20,669 bases of DNA from Candidatus Saganbacteria bacterium. GTDB lineage: Bacteria; Margulisbacteria; WOR-1; O2-12-FULL-45-9. The stretch spans positions 1 to 20,669 of the forward strand of contig JABMSE010000102.1 of assembly GCA_013204645.1 (NCBI GenBank). Reading direction: 5' to 3'. Each line of letters starts with the position of its first letter. The stretch's first letter is position 1. The position numbers were made by a program, and so were the translations under genes. The notes beneath the pieces are model-generated. The model made no database searches, was not told where the DNA came from, and was given only the letters and a program-made list of their open reading frames with translations. Positions 7,234 through 16,512 of this stretch are shown here, one piece after another.

Positions 7234-7240
7234 CCTCAAC

Positions 7241-7270
7241 TTGTCCACCTCCCTCATCTTCTGATATACT
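7241..7270 (+). promoter_or_regulatory. Candidate sigma-70 promoter for tRNA-Thr: TTGTCC-N18-TATACT
   Basis: -35 at 7241-7246, -10 at 7265-7270, about 22 nt before the tRNA. Confidence 0.4.
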
Positions 7271-7292
7271 ATCCCTTAGCCTATTTTTCGTT

Positions 7293-7365
7293 GCCCGTGT
7301 AGCTCAGTTGGTAGAGCATTTCCATGGTAAGGAAAAGGTCGCCGGTTCAACTCCGGCCGCGGGCT
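7293..7365 (+). tRNA. tRNA-Thr (anticodon GGU). No encoded CCA.
   Basis: Cloverleaf: acceptor GCCCGTG/CGCGGGC, D-arm GCTC...GAGC, anticodon stem TTTCC/GGAAA with loop ATGGTAA (anticodon GGT), T-arm GCCGG-TTCAACT-CCGGC, discriminator T. Lying upstream of tuf, as is typical. Confidence 0.9.
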
Positions 7366-7377
7366 TTTTTTAGTTGC

Positions 7378-7408
7378 TTGACAACCCCCTGGGGTTGTAT
7401 TGTATAAT
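7378..7408 (+). promoter_or_regulatory. Sigma-70 promoter for tuf: TTGACA-N19-TATAAT, with TG at -15/-14
   Basis: Consensus hexamers at 7378-7383 and 7403-7408. Note that the spacer is 19 nt. Confidence 0.55.
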
Positions 7409-7456
7409 ATAGCGTTGTCTTAATTTGAACGGTCGAAAATAAAGGGAGGAAAAAAT

Positions 7457-8644
7457 ATGGCAAGAGAAAAGTTTAAGAGGAATAAACCGCATGTAAACGT
7501 AGGAACGATTGGACACGTAGATCACGGAAAAACAACCTTAACCTCGGCAATCACAAAATATTTATCTGCAAAGGGTTTTGCAAAGGCTAAGGCCTTTGAT
7601 GAAATCGACGCGGCGCCTGAAGAAAAGGCCCGCGGAATAACCATTGCTATTGCCCACGTTGAATACGAAACCGAGAAAAGGCACTATGCCCATATCGACT
7701 GCCCGGGCCACGCTGACTATGTTAAAAACATGGTTATTGGTGCAGCGCAAATGGACGGAGCTGTCCTGGTTGTTTCTGCGGCTGACGGCCCAATGCCTCA
7801 AACCCGCGAGCACATTCTTTTAGCACGTCAGGTAAACGTACCAGCTATGGTCGTGTTTTTAAATAAGTGCGACATGGTTGACGACAAAGAGTTAATTGAG
7901 CTAGTGGAAGTTGAAACTCGCGACCTTCTTTCAAAATATGAATTCCCCGGGGATAAAATTCCGTTTATCAAGGGCTCCGCACTTAAGGCCATGGAAAATC
8001 CCGAGGGAGAAGATGGAAAAGTTATCCAGGAACTTTTGGATGCTCTGGATTCCTATATTCCTGAACCACAAAGGGCTCTTGACAAGCCTTTCTTAATGTC
8101 AGTTGAGGACGTTTTTTCAATCACCGGCCGCGGAACAGTTGGAACCGGAAGGATTGAAAGGGGAAAGGTTAAAACTGGTGAAGAAGTAGAAATCGTAGGC
8201 ATGGGCGCCAGCAAAAAGGCAACTGTAACTGGCGTTGAAATGTTCAGAAAGACACTCGACGAAGGGATGGCCGGCGACAACGTTGGATTACTTTTGCGCG
8301 GCGTCGAAAAAGAAGAGATCACCCGCGGAATGGTTATTGCAAAACCGGGCAGCATCAAACCCCACAAAAAGTTTGAAGCCCAGGTTTATGTACTTAAAAA
8401 AGAAGAAGGTGGAAGACATACCCCATTCTTTCCGGGCTATAAACCTCAGTTCTTTATCCGAACAACTGATGTTACCGGCGAAATCAAACTGCCCGATAAA
8501 GTTGAAATGGTCATGCCAGGTGACAACATTACCATGACAGTGGAGTTAATCATCCCGGTTGCGGTTGAAGAAGGTCTTCGCTTTGCTATTCGTGAGGGTG
8601 GCAAAACCGTAGGGGCAGGAGCAGTTTCAAAAATCATTGAGTAG
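7457..8644 (+). CDS. tuf: Elongation factor Tu
   Basis: 395 aa. G1 GHVDHGKT, G3 DCPGH, G4 NKCD, and full-length EF-Tu colinearity. GGAGG ribosome-binding site. Confidence 0.98.
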   Translation: MAREKFKRNKPHVNVGTIGHVDHGKTTLTSAITKYLSAKGFAKAKAFDEIDAAPEEKARGITIAIAHVEYETEKRHYAHIDCPGHADYVKNMVIGAAQMDGAVLVVSAADGPMPQTREHILLARQVNVPAMVVFLNKCDMVDDKELIELVEVETRDLLSKYEFPGDKIPFIKGSALKAMENPEGEDGKVIQELLDALDSYIPEPQRALDKPFLMSVEDVFSITGRGTVGTGRIERGKVKTGEEVEIVGMGASKKATVTGVEMFRKTLDEGMAGDNVGLLLRGVEKEEITRGMVIAKPGSIKPHKKFEAQVYVLKKEEGGRHTPFFPGYKPQFFIRTTDVTGEIKLPDKVEMVMPGDNITMTVELIIPVAVEEGLRFAIREGGKTVGAGAVSKIIE

Positions 8645-8675
8645 TTTTCTGGGTTTTGACAGAGATTATCAAGAA

Positions 8676-8703
8676 AAAGCCCCGTTTCTTCGGGGTTTTT
8701 TCT
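8676..8703 (+). terminator. Rho-independent terminator of tuf
   Basis: AAAAAGCCCCG-TTTCTT-CGGGGTTTTTT: a GC-rich stem, a 6-nt loop and a U-tract. Confidence 0.8.
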
Positions 8704-8717
8704 ATATTAGGTTTCTT

Positions 8718-10052
8718 ATGAAGACATTTCTAAAATTAATTGGCGTCTTTGCCTTTGCTTCAGTTGTAATTGCAGCCTCGTTTATATCCTATGACTTTAT
8801 CAAGACCCGTGAAGCATTCCCTCCGCAAACCTATATTGGCAAAATAGATGTTTCAAACTTAACCCAGAGCGAAGCAGTGGCTAAGCTAAAAAGTTTCCCT
8901 TTATCTGAAATCTTCGCTCCCCTAATTACGCTCGAGGCTGATATTGCAACCTTCACCTTTGCGCCAGAACAGTTAGGGATTAATCTCCTCTACAAGCAAA
9001 CCATTAGAAAGGCCTTCTTGCAAACCCACAAAGGCAACTATATTGAAGAGTTAAAAGAACGCATTAGCAAAGGCGAAAGTTACGGCTCTCTCATTTTAGG
9101 CATTGACAACCAGGCGTTGCGCGCCATGCTTGAGATAATCGCCAATAAAATTCAGAGCTCCCCCAAGGATGCCTCGATTGTTTTTTACGAAGATACTGGC
9201 GCGTATCACATTGAAGCCGAAGACGTAGGACGGCAAATTGACATCAAAAAAAGCATGGCAAATTTTAAAAAGGGGCTTTATGAGGGGAACTTGCTTGTTC
9301 CTTTAAGTATTGATTATAGCTATCCAGAAATATCTGAAAAAGAGTTGCGTGCTAATCCGCCCATCCAGCGCATAGGCGTTTACACTACCTACTATGGGGC
9401 CCATGATTCCCCCAACCGCATCCACAACATCAAGTTGGTTGCCTCCTGGATCGACGGAACGCTCCTAATGCCGGGAGAACGCTTTTCAGTTGCAGATGTT
9501 CTGGGGGTAGTATCTCCGGAAAAAGGGTTTAAGCGCGCGTTTGTTATTGTGGGCGGTGAGTTGGTTCCGCTTTTGGGTGGGGGCTCCTGCCAAATTGCCA
9601 CCACCTTATATAACACCGTTAAGCTGGCCAATCTTAATGTACTCGAGAGAAGAAATCATTCTTTTTACTTTAATATTTATCCTTTAGGCCGAGATGCTGG
9701 GGTCTATCCCGGACAACTCGATTTCAAGTTTGAAAATAATTCTGGTTATCCCATCCTAATCAAGACCGTGGCAACCGATAAAAAACTTTCTTTTAGGATT
9801 TACGGCACCCCTTCCGGAAAAACAGTTAAATTTTCTGGCGCATCCATTTTAGGACGAAGCTCCTCGGGTAAATATGTCCCCATGTCACTGCGTCAAGTAA
9901 TTGCTGCAGATATTCCCTTTAAAACCTTTGTGACGGTTACGGTTTATGATGAAAATGGAAAGCAGCTCAAGAAAGAAACCATAAGCAGTTTTTATAAACT
10001 ATATGGAGATAAAACCAATGTCCCGATCAGGGCCCCAGAACCCCGTCAATAA
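8718..10052 (+). CDS. VanW-family protein with an N-terminal transmembrane anchor
   Basis: VanW-like core (GGGSCQIATTLYNTVKLANLNVLERRNHSFY...YPLGRDAGV...PILIK). Start taken at the first ATG after the tuf terminator. The ORF track begins at a TTG inside the tuf stop region. Confidence 0.7.
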   Translation: MKTFLKLIGVFAFASVVIAASFISYDFIKTREAFPPQTYIGKIDVSNLTQSEAVAKLKSFPLSEIFAPLITLEADIATFTFAPEQLGINLLYKQTIRKAFLQTHKGNYIEELKERISKGESYGSLILGIDNQALRAMLEIIANKIQSSPKDASIVFYEDTGAYHIEAEDVGRQIDIKKSMANFKKGLYEGNLLVPLSIDYSYPEISEKELRANPPIQRIGVYTTYYGAHDSPNRIHNIKLVASWIDGTLLMPGERFSVADVLGVVSPEKGFKRAFVIVGGELVPLLGGGSCQIATTLYNTVKLANLNVLERRNHSFYFNIYPLGRDAGVYPGQLDFKFENNSGYPILIKTVATDKKLSFRIYGTPSGKTVKFSGASILGRSSSGKYVPMSLRQVIAADIPFKTFVTVTVYDENGKQLKKETISSFYKLYGDKTNVPIRAPEPRQ

Positions 10053-10848
10053 CAAACAAAAAACCATTGCTTCTCCTGTTCCTTTTTGTGGCATTGGCCT
10101 TCACTCCGGAAAAAACGTATCATTGCTGATTAGCCCGGCTTCGCCAAATGCCGGCGTATACTTCATTAAACAAGGAAAAAAGGTTCCCGCTCTGGCAAAT
10201 TGTGTTTCACAAACAAAAAGAGGAACAACGCTGGGCGGAATTTGTGTGGTTGAGCATCTCCTCTCGGCCGTTTATGCACTAGGCCTTGATAACCTCCAAA
10301 TTGAAATAGATGGAGATGAGGTCCCGGCTTTGGATGGAAGTGCGCTGCCTTTCGTTTTAGGCCTCGCCGCTGCCGGAATAGTTGAACAAAATACAGAAAA
10401 AGCCCCACTCTTTCTTTCCCGGCCTATTACACTCACTCAGGGAGAGGCTTCGCTTTCTGCTCTTCCCCATCATGGATTTAAAATCGATTTTATGGTAGAC
10501 TTCCCTTTTGTGGGGGAGCAAAGCTTTGGTTTTTGCTTAGAAGAAGAATCCTACAAAAAGGAAATCGCCCCCGCTAGAACGGTTGGGTATTTAGAAGAAT
10601 ACGAGGACCTAAAAAAAGAGGGTCTGGCTCAGGGCGCATCTCTTGAAAACGCACTGGTTATTTCAAAAAAAGGCTACGTTAACCAGCCACGTTTCAGAAA
10701 CGAAGTGGTGCGGCACAAGATTCTGGATTTAATCGGCGACCTTTCTTTGTCAGGGCGTCCATTAAGGGCTCACATTTTCGCCATTAAATCCGGGCATAAG
10801 CTAAATATCGAATTAGTAAGGAGGATATTAAACGCATGTCAGTGTTAG
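10018..10848 (+). CDS. lpxC: UDP-3-O-acyl-N-acetylglucosamine deacetylase
   Basis: Colinear with LpxC (GIGLHSGK...HLLSA...HKLN). ATG at 10018 has a GGAGA ribosome-binding site. The ORF track start at 10003 is also possible. It overlaps the end of the vanW-like gene. Confidence 0.88.
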   Translation: MSRSGPQNPVNNKQKTIASPVPFCGIGLHSGKNVSLLISPASPNAGVYFIKQGKKVPALANCVSQTKRGTTLGGICVVEHLLSAVYALGLDNLQIEIDGDEVPALDGSALPFVLGLAAAGIVEQNTEKAPLFLSRPITLTQGEASLSALPHHGFKIDFMVDFPFVGEQSFGFCLEEESYKKEIAPARTVGYLEEYEDLKKEGLAQGASLENALVISKKGYVNQPRFRNEVVRHKILDLIGDLSLSGRPLRAHIFAIKSGHKLNIELVRRILNACQC

Positions 10849-12116
10849 GCATAAAAGAAATCCAAGAAATTATCCCCCACCGCTATCCTTTTCTTTTAAT
10901 TGACCGCATAATCGAGCTTGAAGAAGGGAAAAGAGCGGTTGCCATAAAAAATGTAACTATGAACGAGCCTTTTTTCCAGGGACATTTTCCCGACCACCCC
11001 ATAATGCCAGGCGTCCTAATTTGCGAAGCCATGGCTCAGGTTGGGGTTGTAATGGCCCTGCGCTCTTCAAAAACTGAAGGCAAAATCGTTTATTTTGCCG
11101 GTATTGATAAGGTGCGCTTTAGAAAGCCGGTTGTTCCTGGGGACCAATTGCGCCTGGAAGTAGAAACCCTGTGGCTGCGCGCGGCTCTGGGCAAAATGAA
11201 GGGTAAGGCCTTGGTTGATGGAGAAATTGTAGCCGAAGGGGAGTTTATGTTTTCTTTGGCCGATCGTGATGCGGGCGGAGCAATTATTCATCCAACCGCG
11301 ACAGTTGATCGAACAGCCAAGCTAGGTAAAAAAGTAGAAATTGGTGCACATGTTGTAATTGGGCCCGAGGTTGAAATTGGTGACAAAACAAAAATCGGCC
11401 CCCACTCTGTAATTGCGCGCTGGACCAAAATCGGAAAAGAAAATGATATCCATCAAGGGGTTAGCATCGGGGTTCCTCCGCAGGACTTAAAATATAAAGG
11501 GGAAAAGGGGCAAATCATTATTGGGGACAAAAACATCATCCGCGAATTTGTAACCATTCACCTTCCTTCCGGCGAGGGAAACAAAACTATACTCGGCAAT
11601 GAAAACTACATTATGGTCCATGCTCACATTCCGCACAATTGCAAAATCGGAAATCAAGTGGTAATTGGTGGCTACGTTGGTTTGGCTGGTTACACGGAAA
11701 TTGGCGACCAGGTAATCATTGGGGGCTTGGCCGGCATTCATCAATTTGTGCGCATTGGTCGCTTAACCATGGTAGGCGCGCAGTCAAAGGTTTTAAAAGA
11801 CGTTCCCCCTTTTATGTTAGTGGACGGTAATCCGGCACAACTCCGAGGAATAAATTCAATTGGCCTCCAGCGCAGAGGTGTTTCTTCTGATTCTATTTCC
11901 GAAATCAGAAAGGCCTTTAAGATAATCTATGAATCAGGAAACACAACAAAAGAGGCCGCCCTTGAGATAAAAAAGCGGCTGCGCCCCCTTCCCGAAATTG
12001 AAGAAATCCTTGCCTTCTTAAAATCCGAAAGTAAACGCGGGATCAGCAAAAAGACCGCCATTGACGTAGAAGAGGTTGATTTGTTGTTCCCAGAAATCCC
12101 AGAGCTTGGCATATGA
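10836..12116 (+). CDS. Fused 3-hydroxyacyl-ACP dehydratase (FabZ, about 145 aa) and UDP-GlcNAc(3N) O-acyltransferase (LpxA, about 270 aa)
   Basis: AGGAGG ribosome-binding site. The N-terminal half is a FabZ hot-dog fold ([11 protein letters not shown]...GHFP..PIMPGVL). A short linker DRDAGGA follows. The C-terminal half is LpxA with left-handed beta-helix hexapeptide repeats and a C-terminal helical domain. It is a single uninterrupted ORF. Confidence 0.9.
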   Translation: MSVLGIKEIQEIIPHRYPFLLIDRIIELEEGKRAVAIKNVTMNEPFFQGHFPDHPIMPGVLICEAMAQVGVVMALRSSKTEGKIVYFAGIDKVRFRKPVVPGDQLRLEVETLWLRAALGKMKGKALVDGEIVAEGEFMFSLADRDAGGAIIHPTATVDRTAKLGKKVEIGAHVVIGPEVEIGDKTKIGPHSVIARWTKIGKENDIHQGVSIGVPPQDLKYKGEKGQIIIGDKNIIREFVTIHLPSGEGNKTILGNENYIMVHAHIPHNCKIGNQVVIGGYVGLAGYTEIGDQVIIGGLAGIHQFVRIGRLTMVGAQSKVLKDVPPFMLVDGNPAQLRGINSIGLQRRGVSSDSISEIRKAFKIIYESGNTTKEAALEIKKRLRPLPEIEEILAFLKSESKRGISKKTAIDVEEVDLLFPEIPELGI

Positions 12117-13255
12117 AAATCATGATCTCGGCCGGAGAAGTCTCCGGCGATGTCCACGGAACTTATTTGGTTCGGGAGTTAAAAAAACTTTCTCCTGACT
12201 CCTACATCTTTGGTATGGGCTCTGAGAAACTCTTGGCCGAGGGCGTTGACGTAAAAGTTGATATAAGCCAGCGCGGCACGATTGGTGTTTTTGAAGTTCT
12301 GCCAAACCTTGTTCCCCTCTATTTTTCTTATCGCCAAATGATAGCTTTAATGAAAAAAGAAAAGCCGGACCTTCTTTTGCTGGTTGACTCCCAGGGCATA
12401 AACATGCCACTTGCCAAAGCTGCTAAAAAACTGGGCATAAAAACAGTTTATTATATTGCTCCGCAGGAATGGCTGTGGGGAACGAAAAGGGGAGTAAAAA
12501 AGGTTGCGGAAAGTATCAGTTTAATTGTTTCTATCTTTGAGAAAGAACACAACGCTTATAAAGAGGCTCAGGGTAACTCGGTTTATTTTGGGCACCCCTT
12601 ACTCGATATCGTTAAACCCGCTCTTTCAAAAGATGAGACGCGCAAAAAGTTTTTAGCAAGCACTGCCGGCCCGGTAATTAGCCTGTGCCCAGGTAGCCGC
12701 AGCCAAGAAATTCGAGGGTTGCTTCCAATTCTGCTGAGGGCTGGAGAATTAATTAAAAAAGAAATCCCCAATGCCCGCTTTTTAATCCCGGCTGCGTCAG
12801 CCAACATGATTAAAATGATTTTCTCCTACATTAACGAAGACTTTCGGCCTACGGCGGTCATCGGGCATACCTATGATATTTTGGCCGCTTCTGATCTAGC
12901 CATTTGCACCTCCGGCACAATTAACCTAGAGGCTTCCATCCTGGGAACTCCCAATATAATGGTGTATAAGCTTTCTCCTCTAACATATGTATTAGGAAAA
13001 TACGTTCTCAAAATTGGTGAGCGCCTTCCTTACTATAGTATGCCCAACCTATTGCTTGATCAGCGGGTAATTCCCGAGCTGGTCATGAACCAGGCCAATC
13101 CAAAAACGATTGCCGATTGTGCAATTTCAATCTTAAAAGACCATAAGCGCCAAGATGAGATGAAAAAATCATTTGCTAAACTTAAAAACAAACTCGGCTC
13201 CCCAGGCGTCATTTCTTCTGCGGCTAAATCTATTTCTGAATTTTCTTCTCTTTAG
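12113..13255 (+). CDS. lpxB: Lipid-A-disaccharide synthase
   Basis: 380 aa. The N-terminus [13 protein letters not shown] and the GT-B fold pattern are typical of LpxB. The start overlaps the previous stop (ATGA). Confidence 0.88.
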   Translation: MKIMISAGEVSGDVHGTYLVRELKKLSPDSYIFGMGSEKLLAEGVDVKVDISQRGTIGVFEVLPNLVPLYFSYRQMIALMKKEKPDLLLLVDSQGINMPLAKAAKKLGIKTVYYIAPQEWLWGTKRGVKKVAESISLIVSIFEKEHNAYKEAQGNSVYFGHPLLDIVKPALSKDETRKKFLASTAGPVISLCPGSRSQEIRGLLPILLRAGELIKKEIPNARFLIPAASANMIKMIFSYINEDFRPTAVIGHTYDILAASDLAICTSGTINLEASILGTPNIMVYKLSPLTYVLGKYVLKIGERLPYYSMPNLLLDQRVIPELVMNQANPKTIADCAISILKDHKRQDEMKKSFAKLKNKLGSPGVISSAAKSISEFSSL

Positions 13256-13350
13256 CTGTCCCGACGACATTAATATATTTGATAGTGGAATGTCGGGATC
13301 CCGTCCTTGGCGGGAAAATTTCGTAAACTGAAAATTTCAAAATCTTCGCA

Positions 13351-13363
13351 AAAAGTGAAATTT
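13351..13363 (+). promoter_or_regulatory. Shared upstream motif AAAAGTGAAATTT, about 41 nt upstream of the 187-aa gene start
   Basis: Identical 13-mer to 2093-2105 on the minus strand at the equivalent position. It is flanked by a related TGAAAATTTCA half-site. Confidence 0.45.
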
Positions 13364-13404
13364 TCCCCCAAATTTGTCGATAAAAGATATAGGAGGAATC
13401 ACAT

Positions 13405-13968
13405 ATGCGATCAGTAGGAAGACCTATGGCAAGCCGGGGCTCAAGTAGAACAGCCCCCCCGGCAAAACAAGTGGCTGTTCTAAGAACCAATAATAATACG
13501 TGGGGAATAAAGATTCGCGAAGGCACACGGCTTGGGATAACAAGAAACTTATCTGTTTTTGTTCTTAATGACCGGAAGCATTCGGATGTCATTGTTGAGC
13601 TAGAGTGTCGAAGAATTGCAAGCCAGCTTGTTTTAATGGTTAAGCCAATTAAGCCAGGAACTAGCATTAGGATAAATCAACCAAGTGCCCCTTCGCCCTT
13701 TAATCAAGAAACAACCTTGTCAAATACTCATGGTTCTACTCGCCCTCCCCAAATGCAGCTGGCATGGGATACAACTATTTCCGTTTCGCAAAATAATGCT
13801 GGGGGAAAAGAATCTCCAGGATTAATCAGACTAGAACTTGGCGACGATCCTGGTTTTTCTCGGGCACGCACTACATTAATAGAAAAAGCCGTTGCTGACA
13901 CAGTAGCTTCTCGCAATCGACACGTCTATCACGGGACACGACGTGGGCCCAACCTTAGGAATGGCTAA
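13405..13968 (+). CDS. Hypothetical protein, 187 aa. It is R/S/T/N-rich with an atypical composition for this genome.
   Basis: Canonical AGGAGG ribosome-binding site 8 nt upstream of the ATG. No family recognised. Its composition is unlike the K-rich neighbours, so the coding status is not certain. Confidence 0.45.
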   Translation: MRSVGRPMASRGSSRTAPPAKQVAVLRTNNNTWGIKIREGTRLGITRNLSVFVLNDRKHSDVIVELECRRIASQLVLMVKPIKPGTSIRINQPSAPSPFNQETTLSNTHGSTRPPQMQLAWDTTISVSQNNAGGKESPGLIRLELGDDPGFSRARTTLIEKAVADTVASRNRHVYHGTRRGPNLRNG

Positions 13969-14037
13969 AAATGATATTACAAAGAGCAACAGTGCCAATC
14001 GCAGCAAGGCGGGTGGGAACCTTTCGTCCGTTAACCA

Positions 14038-14436
14038 TTGTTTTGGTGGCCCGCGGACAACAAAAAAAAGGGGGGGGTGATTGCTGCTCTGTTCGCAAAA
14101 GGAATAGACGTTACCTCTCTTGGCCAAATTGGAATTAAAACTAAAAATGATCTTTCTGCTTTAAACGCTTTTCTTGATAGCAAAGAAAAACAAGGTTTAG
14201 ATCAACGGGTAAGAGAAAAGCTGGGTTTAATTGATGGGGTGGCGAAACTTATTCTTCCCTCCGGTACCACAATTTTCTATCGCTCTTCTTGCGCAGACGC
14301 AAATGGACGCCTTATAAAAGAGCTGCGTGCATTAGAGGACCAACGCCCGTGCCGCCCCGAAGAAGTTTTTAACACTCACTTATCCGGCCTTAAAACAGTT
14401 TCTTTAACTACTGGGGATTTTAGTTTACTTGCCTAG
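14038..14436 (+). CDS. Hypothetical ORF of 132 codons with no internal Met. It is possibly the 3' part of a phase-variable or frameshifted gene starting at ATG 13971.
   Basis: The ORF has only TTG (14038) or GTG (14077) as candidate starts. An ATG at 13971, 2 nt after the upstream stop, reads 35 codons and runs out of frame at the A8G8 tract. A 1-nt contraction of the tract would fuse the two into a protein of about 155 aa. Confidence 0.35.
   Translation: MFWWPADNKKKGGVIAALFAKGIDVTSLGQIGIKTKNDLSALNAFLDSKEKQGLDQRVREKLGLIDGVAKLILPSGTTIFYRSSCADANGRLIKELRALEDQRPCRPEEVFNTHLSGLKTVSLTTGDFSLLA
14062..14077. repeat. Homopolymeric tract A8G8
   Basis: Seen directly: CAAAAAAAAGGGGGGGGT. It lies at the junction between two reading frames: ATG 13971 in frame 0, and ORF 14038-14436 in frame +1. 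Confidence 0.9.
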
Positions 14437-14459
14437 TTCTTTCCTGCTCTTTAAAAAAA

Positions 14460-14468
14460 TGTTATAAT
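14460..14468 (+). promoter_or_regulatory. Extended -10 TGTTATAAT, 12 nt upstream of the aminotransferase ATG, implying a near-leaderless transcript
   Basis: Seen directly. There is no Shine-Dalgarno sequence between the -10 and the ATG at 14480. Confidence 0.4.
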
Positions 14469-14479
14469 ACCCACTTGTT

Positions 14480-15586
14480 ATGGCTGTTTCTTTTTTCGAC
14501 ATAAAAAGACAAAACGATGCTCTTAAGAAAGAGTTGGCCGCTGCCGTCTCCGCAGTTGTGGCGTCAGGCCGATTTATTCTCGGAGATAATGTTTCTTCTT
14601 TTGAAAAAGAAATTGCCGATTATTGCGGAGCAAAGTTTGGAGTTGGCGTTGCCTCGGGAACCGATGCACTGCATCTTGCTCTTCGCGCTTGTGGCGTAAA
14701 ACCCGGCGATGAGGTCATAACCTCCCCTTTTACGTTTGTGGCAACGGCCGAAGCGATTGCCTATTGTGGGGCAAAACCAGTTTTTTGCGATATCGACGCG
14801 AAAAGCTTTAACCTTGACCCTGCAAAGATTGAAGAGAAAATCACCAGCAAAACAAAAGCTATTTTGCCAGTTCATATTTATGGCCAAGCCTGTGAAATGG
14901 ACAAAATCATGGCTATCGCCAAAAAGCACAATCTAGCCGTCATGGAAGACGCTGCGCAAGCAATTGGTGCAGAAATTTGTGGCAAAAAAGTTTGCTCTTT
15001 TGGGGATGCGGCTGGAACTTCTTTTTTCCCCACTAAAAACCTAGGCTGCTTCGGCGATGGAGGAATGGTTATAACCAACAAGGAAAAGCTCGCCGATGAG
15101 TTGAAGGTTTTACGTGGTCACGGCAGCCGCAAAACTTACCATTATGATATTATCGGATATAACAGCCGGCTGGATGCGCTTCAGGCCGCTATTCTTCGCG
15201 TAAAACTTCCCCACCTAGATGATTTTTCGCGTGCTAGACGGAAAAATGCTGCACTTTATAATAAATTATTAAAGGATGTTGACCAGCTAACTCTCCCTGT
15301 CGAGCTCAAGGCCGGCATGCATGTTTATAACCAATATACCATTAGGGTCAAAGACCGAGATGGCCTTTTTGGCTATTTAAAGGTAAAAAACATAGGTGCG
15401 ATGGTCTACTATCCCTTGTGTTTGCACCTGCAAAAGGCCTTTGCTTTTCTTGGGCATAAACCCGGAGATTTTAAAGAAAGCGAAGCTGCGCAAAACGAAG
15501 TAATCTCCCTTCCCATCTATCCGGAACTAAACTCTTCGGAAATTGAGGAAGTAAGTTCCGCCATCAAAGAATTTTACAAAAAATGA
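14480..15586 (+). CDS. DegT/DnrJ/EryC1/StrS-family PLP-dependent sugar aminotransferase (GnnB/WbpE-like)
   Basis: 368 aa. Fold-type I aminotransferase pattern typical of this family (GDEVITSPFTFVAT...AILPVH..G). It is adjacent to a Gfo/Idh/MocA oxidoreductase and to the lpx genes. Confidence 0.88.
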   Translation: MAVSFFDIKRQNDALKKELAAAVSAVVASGRFILGDNVSSFEKEIADYCGAKFGVGVASGTDALHLALRACGVKPGDEVITSPFTFVATAEAIAYCGAKPVFCDIDAKSFNLDPAKIEEKITSKTKAILPVHIYGQACEMDKIMAIAKKHNLAVMEDAAQAIGAEICGKKVCSFGDAAGTSFFPTKNLGCFGDGGMVITNKEKLADELKVLRGHGSRKTYHYDIIGYNSRLDALQAAILRVKLPHLDDFSRARRKNAALYNKLLKDVDQLTLPVELKAGMHVYNQYTIRVKDRDGLFGYLKVKNIGAMVYYPLCLHLQKAFAFLGHKPGDFKESEAAQNEVISLPIYPELNSSEIEEVSSAIKEFYKK

Positions 15587-16512
15587 AAAAAAACCGCGGT
15601 TTAAGAATAGGAGTTATCGGCACTGGGACTATGGGCAAACATCATGCCAGAGTTTCTGCCCTGCTTCTAGATGGGGCTTATTTAGCAGCCGTTTCAGATA
15701 TCGACGAGAAAAAGGCACAGGAAATTGCTTCAAAGTATGAGGGGGTTTGCGTTTTCAAAGATTACAAGGAAATGCTTGCCTTAGTAGATGCCGTGGTTAT
15801 TGTTACCCCGACTGATACCCACTTTGAAATCTGCGGCGAATGCCTTAATGCGGGCAAGCATGTTTTAGTTGAAAAACCCTTTACCAAAACCTCCGATCAA
15901 GCCCAAAAACTCATGGAGTTGGCAGCCGAAAAAAACCTAGTTCTGGCCGTTGGTTTAATTGAAAGATTTAATCCAGCTTTCCAAGAAATATTGAAACTAA
16001 TTAAAAAAGAAAAAATAATTGGCATAAACATAAAGCGCTTTAGCCCTTTTCCAGAGCGCATAACCGATACAAATGTAATTTTTGATATGATGATCCACGA
16101 CTTAGACCTTTTATATAGTATGCGGCATAAAGACGAGGTCGAAGGGCTTAAGGCCGAGGGCCAAAAAGTTAAAAGCGATAAATTAGACAAGGTTTCCGCC
16201 ACCATTTTCTTTAATTCTGGCATTATCGCCAAGGTTGATGCTGATCGAGTTTTTGGCATAAAAACGCGGAAAATCTCGGTTGCAACCGAGCGGGCCATAG
16301 TTGAGGCCGATCTTTTGACTAAGCGGGTATACGTACGGGACCTAACCCATCATATCCCAAGCACGCATCATGTAAAAGACAAAGATCAGTTAACCGAAGA
16401 GTTAATGGATTTTATAGGCGCCATAAAAACCAATTCGCAGCCAACGGTCTGCGCAGAAGATGGTTTTCGTGCTCTCAAATTAGCTGAGGAGGTAGAAAAA
16501 GCATGTTCCTAA
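15583..16512 (+). CDS. Gfo/Idh/MocA-family NAD-dependent sugar oxidoreductase (GnnA/WbpB-like)
   Basis: N-terminal Rossmann motif GVIGTGTMGKHH and the conserved EKP motif (VLVEKPF). The start overlaps the upstream stop. Confidence 0.85.
   Translation: MKKNRGLRIGVIGTGTMGKHHARVSALLLDGAYLAAVSDIDEKKAQEIASKYEGVCVFKDYKEMLALVDAVVIVTPTDTHFEICGECLNAGKHVLVEKPFTKTSDQAQKLMELAAEKNLVLAVGLIERFNPAFQEILKLIKKEKIIGINIKRFSPFPERITDTNVIFDMMIHDLDLLYSMRHKDEVEGLKAEGQKVKSDKLDKVSATIFFNSGIIAKVDADRVFGIKTRKISVATERAIVEADLLTKRVYVRDLTHHIPSTHHVKDKDQLTEELMDFIGAIKTNSQPTVCAEDGFRALKLAEEVEKACS

Noticed and set aside
13330-14080. Possibility that the 187-aa region is RNase P RNA, tmRNA or another large structured RNA
   Set aside because: It has an atypical R/S/T-rich translation and a weak resemblance of GCCGGGGCTC to the RNase P P4 region. 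But I found no GGAAAGUCCGGGCUCC, AGGGUGAAANGGUGCGGUAAGAGCGCACC or ACAGAACCCGGCUUA blocks, no tmRNA tag reading frame, and no tRNA-like 3' end. The ORF has a canonical AGGAGG-N8-ATG start. I kept it as a hypothetical CDS.
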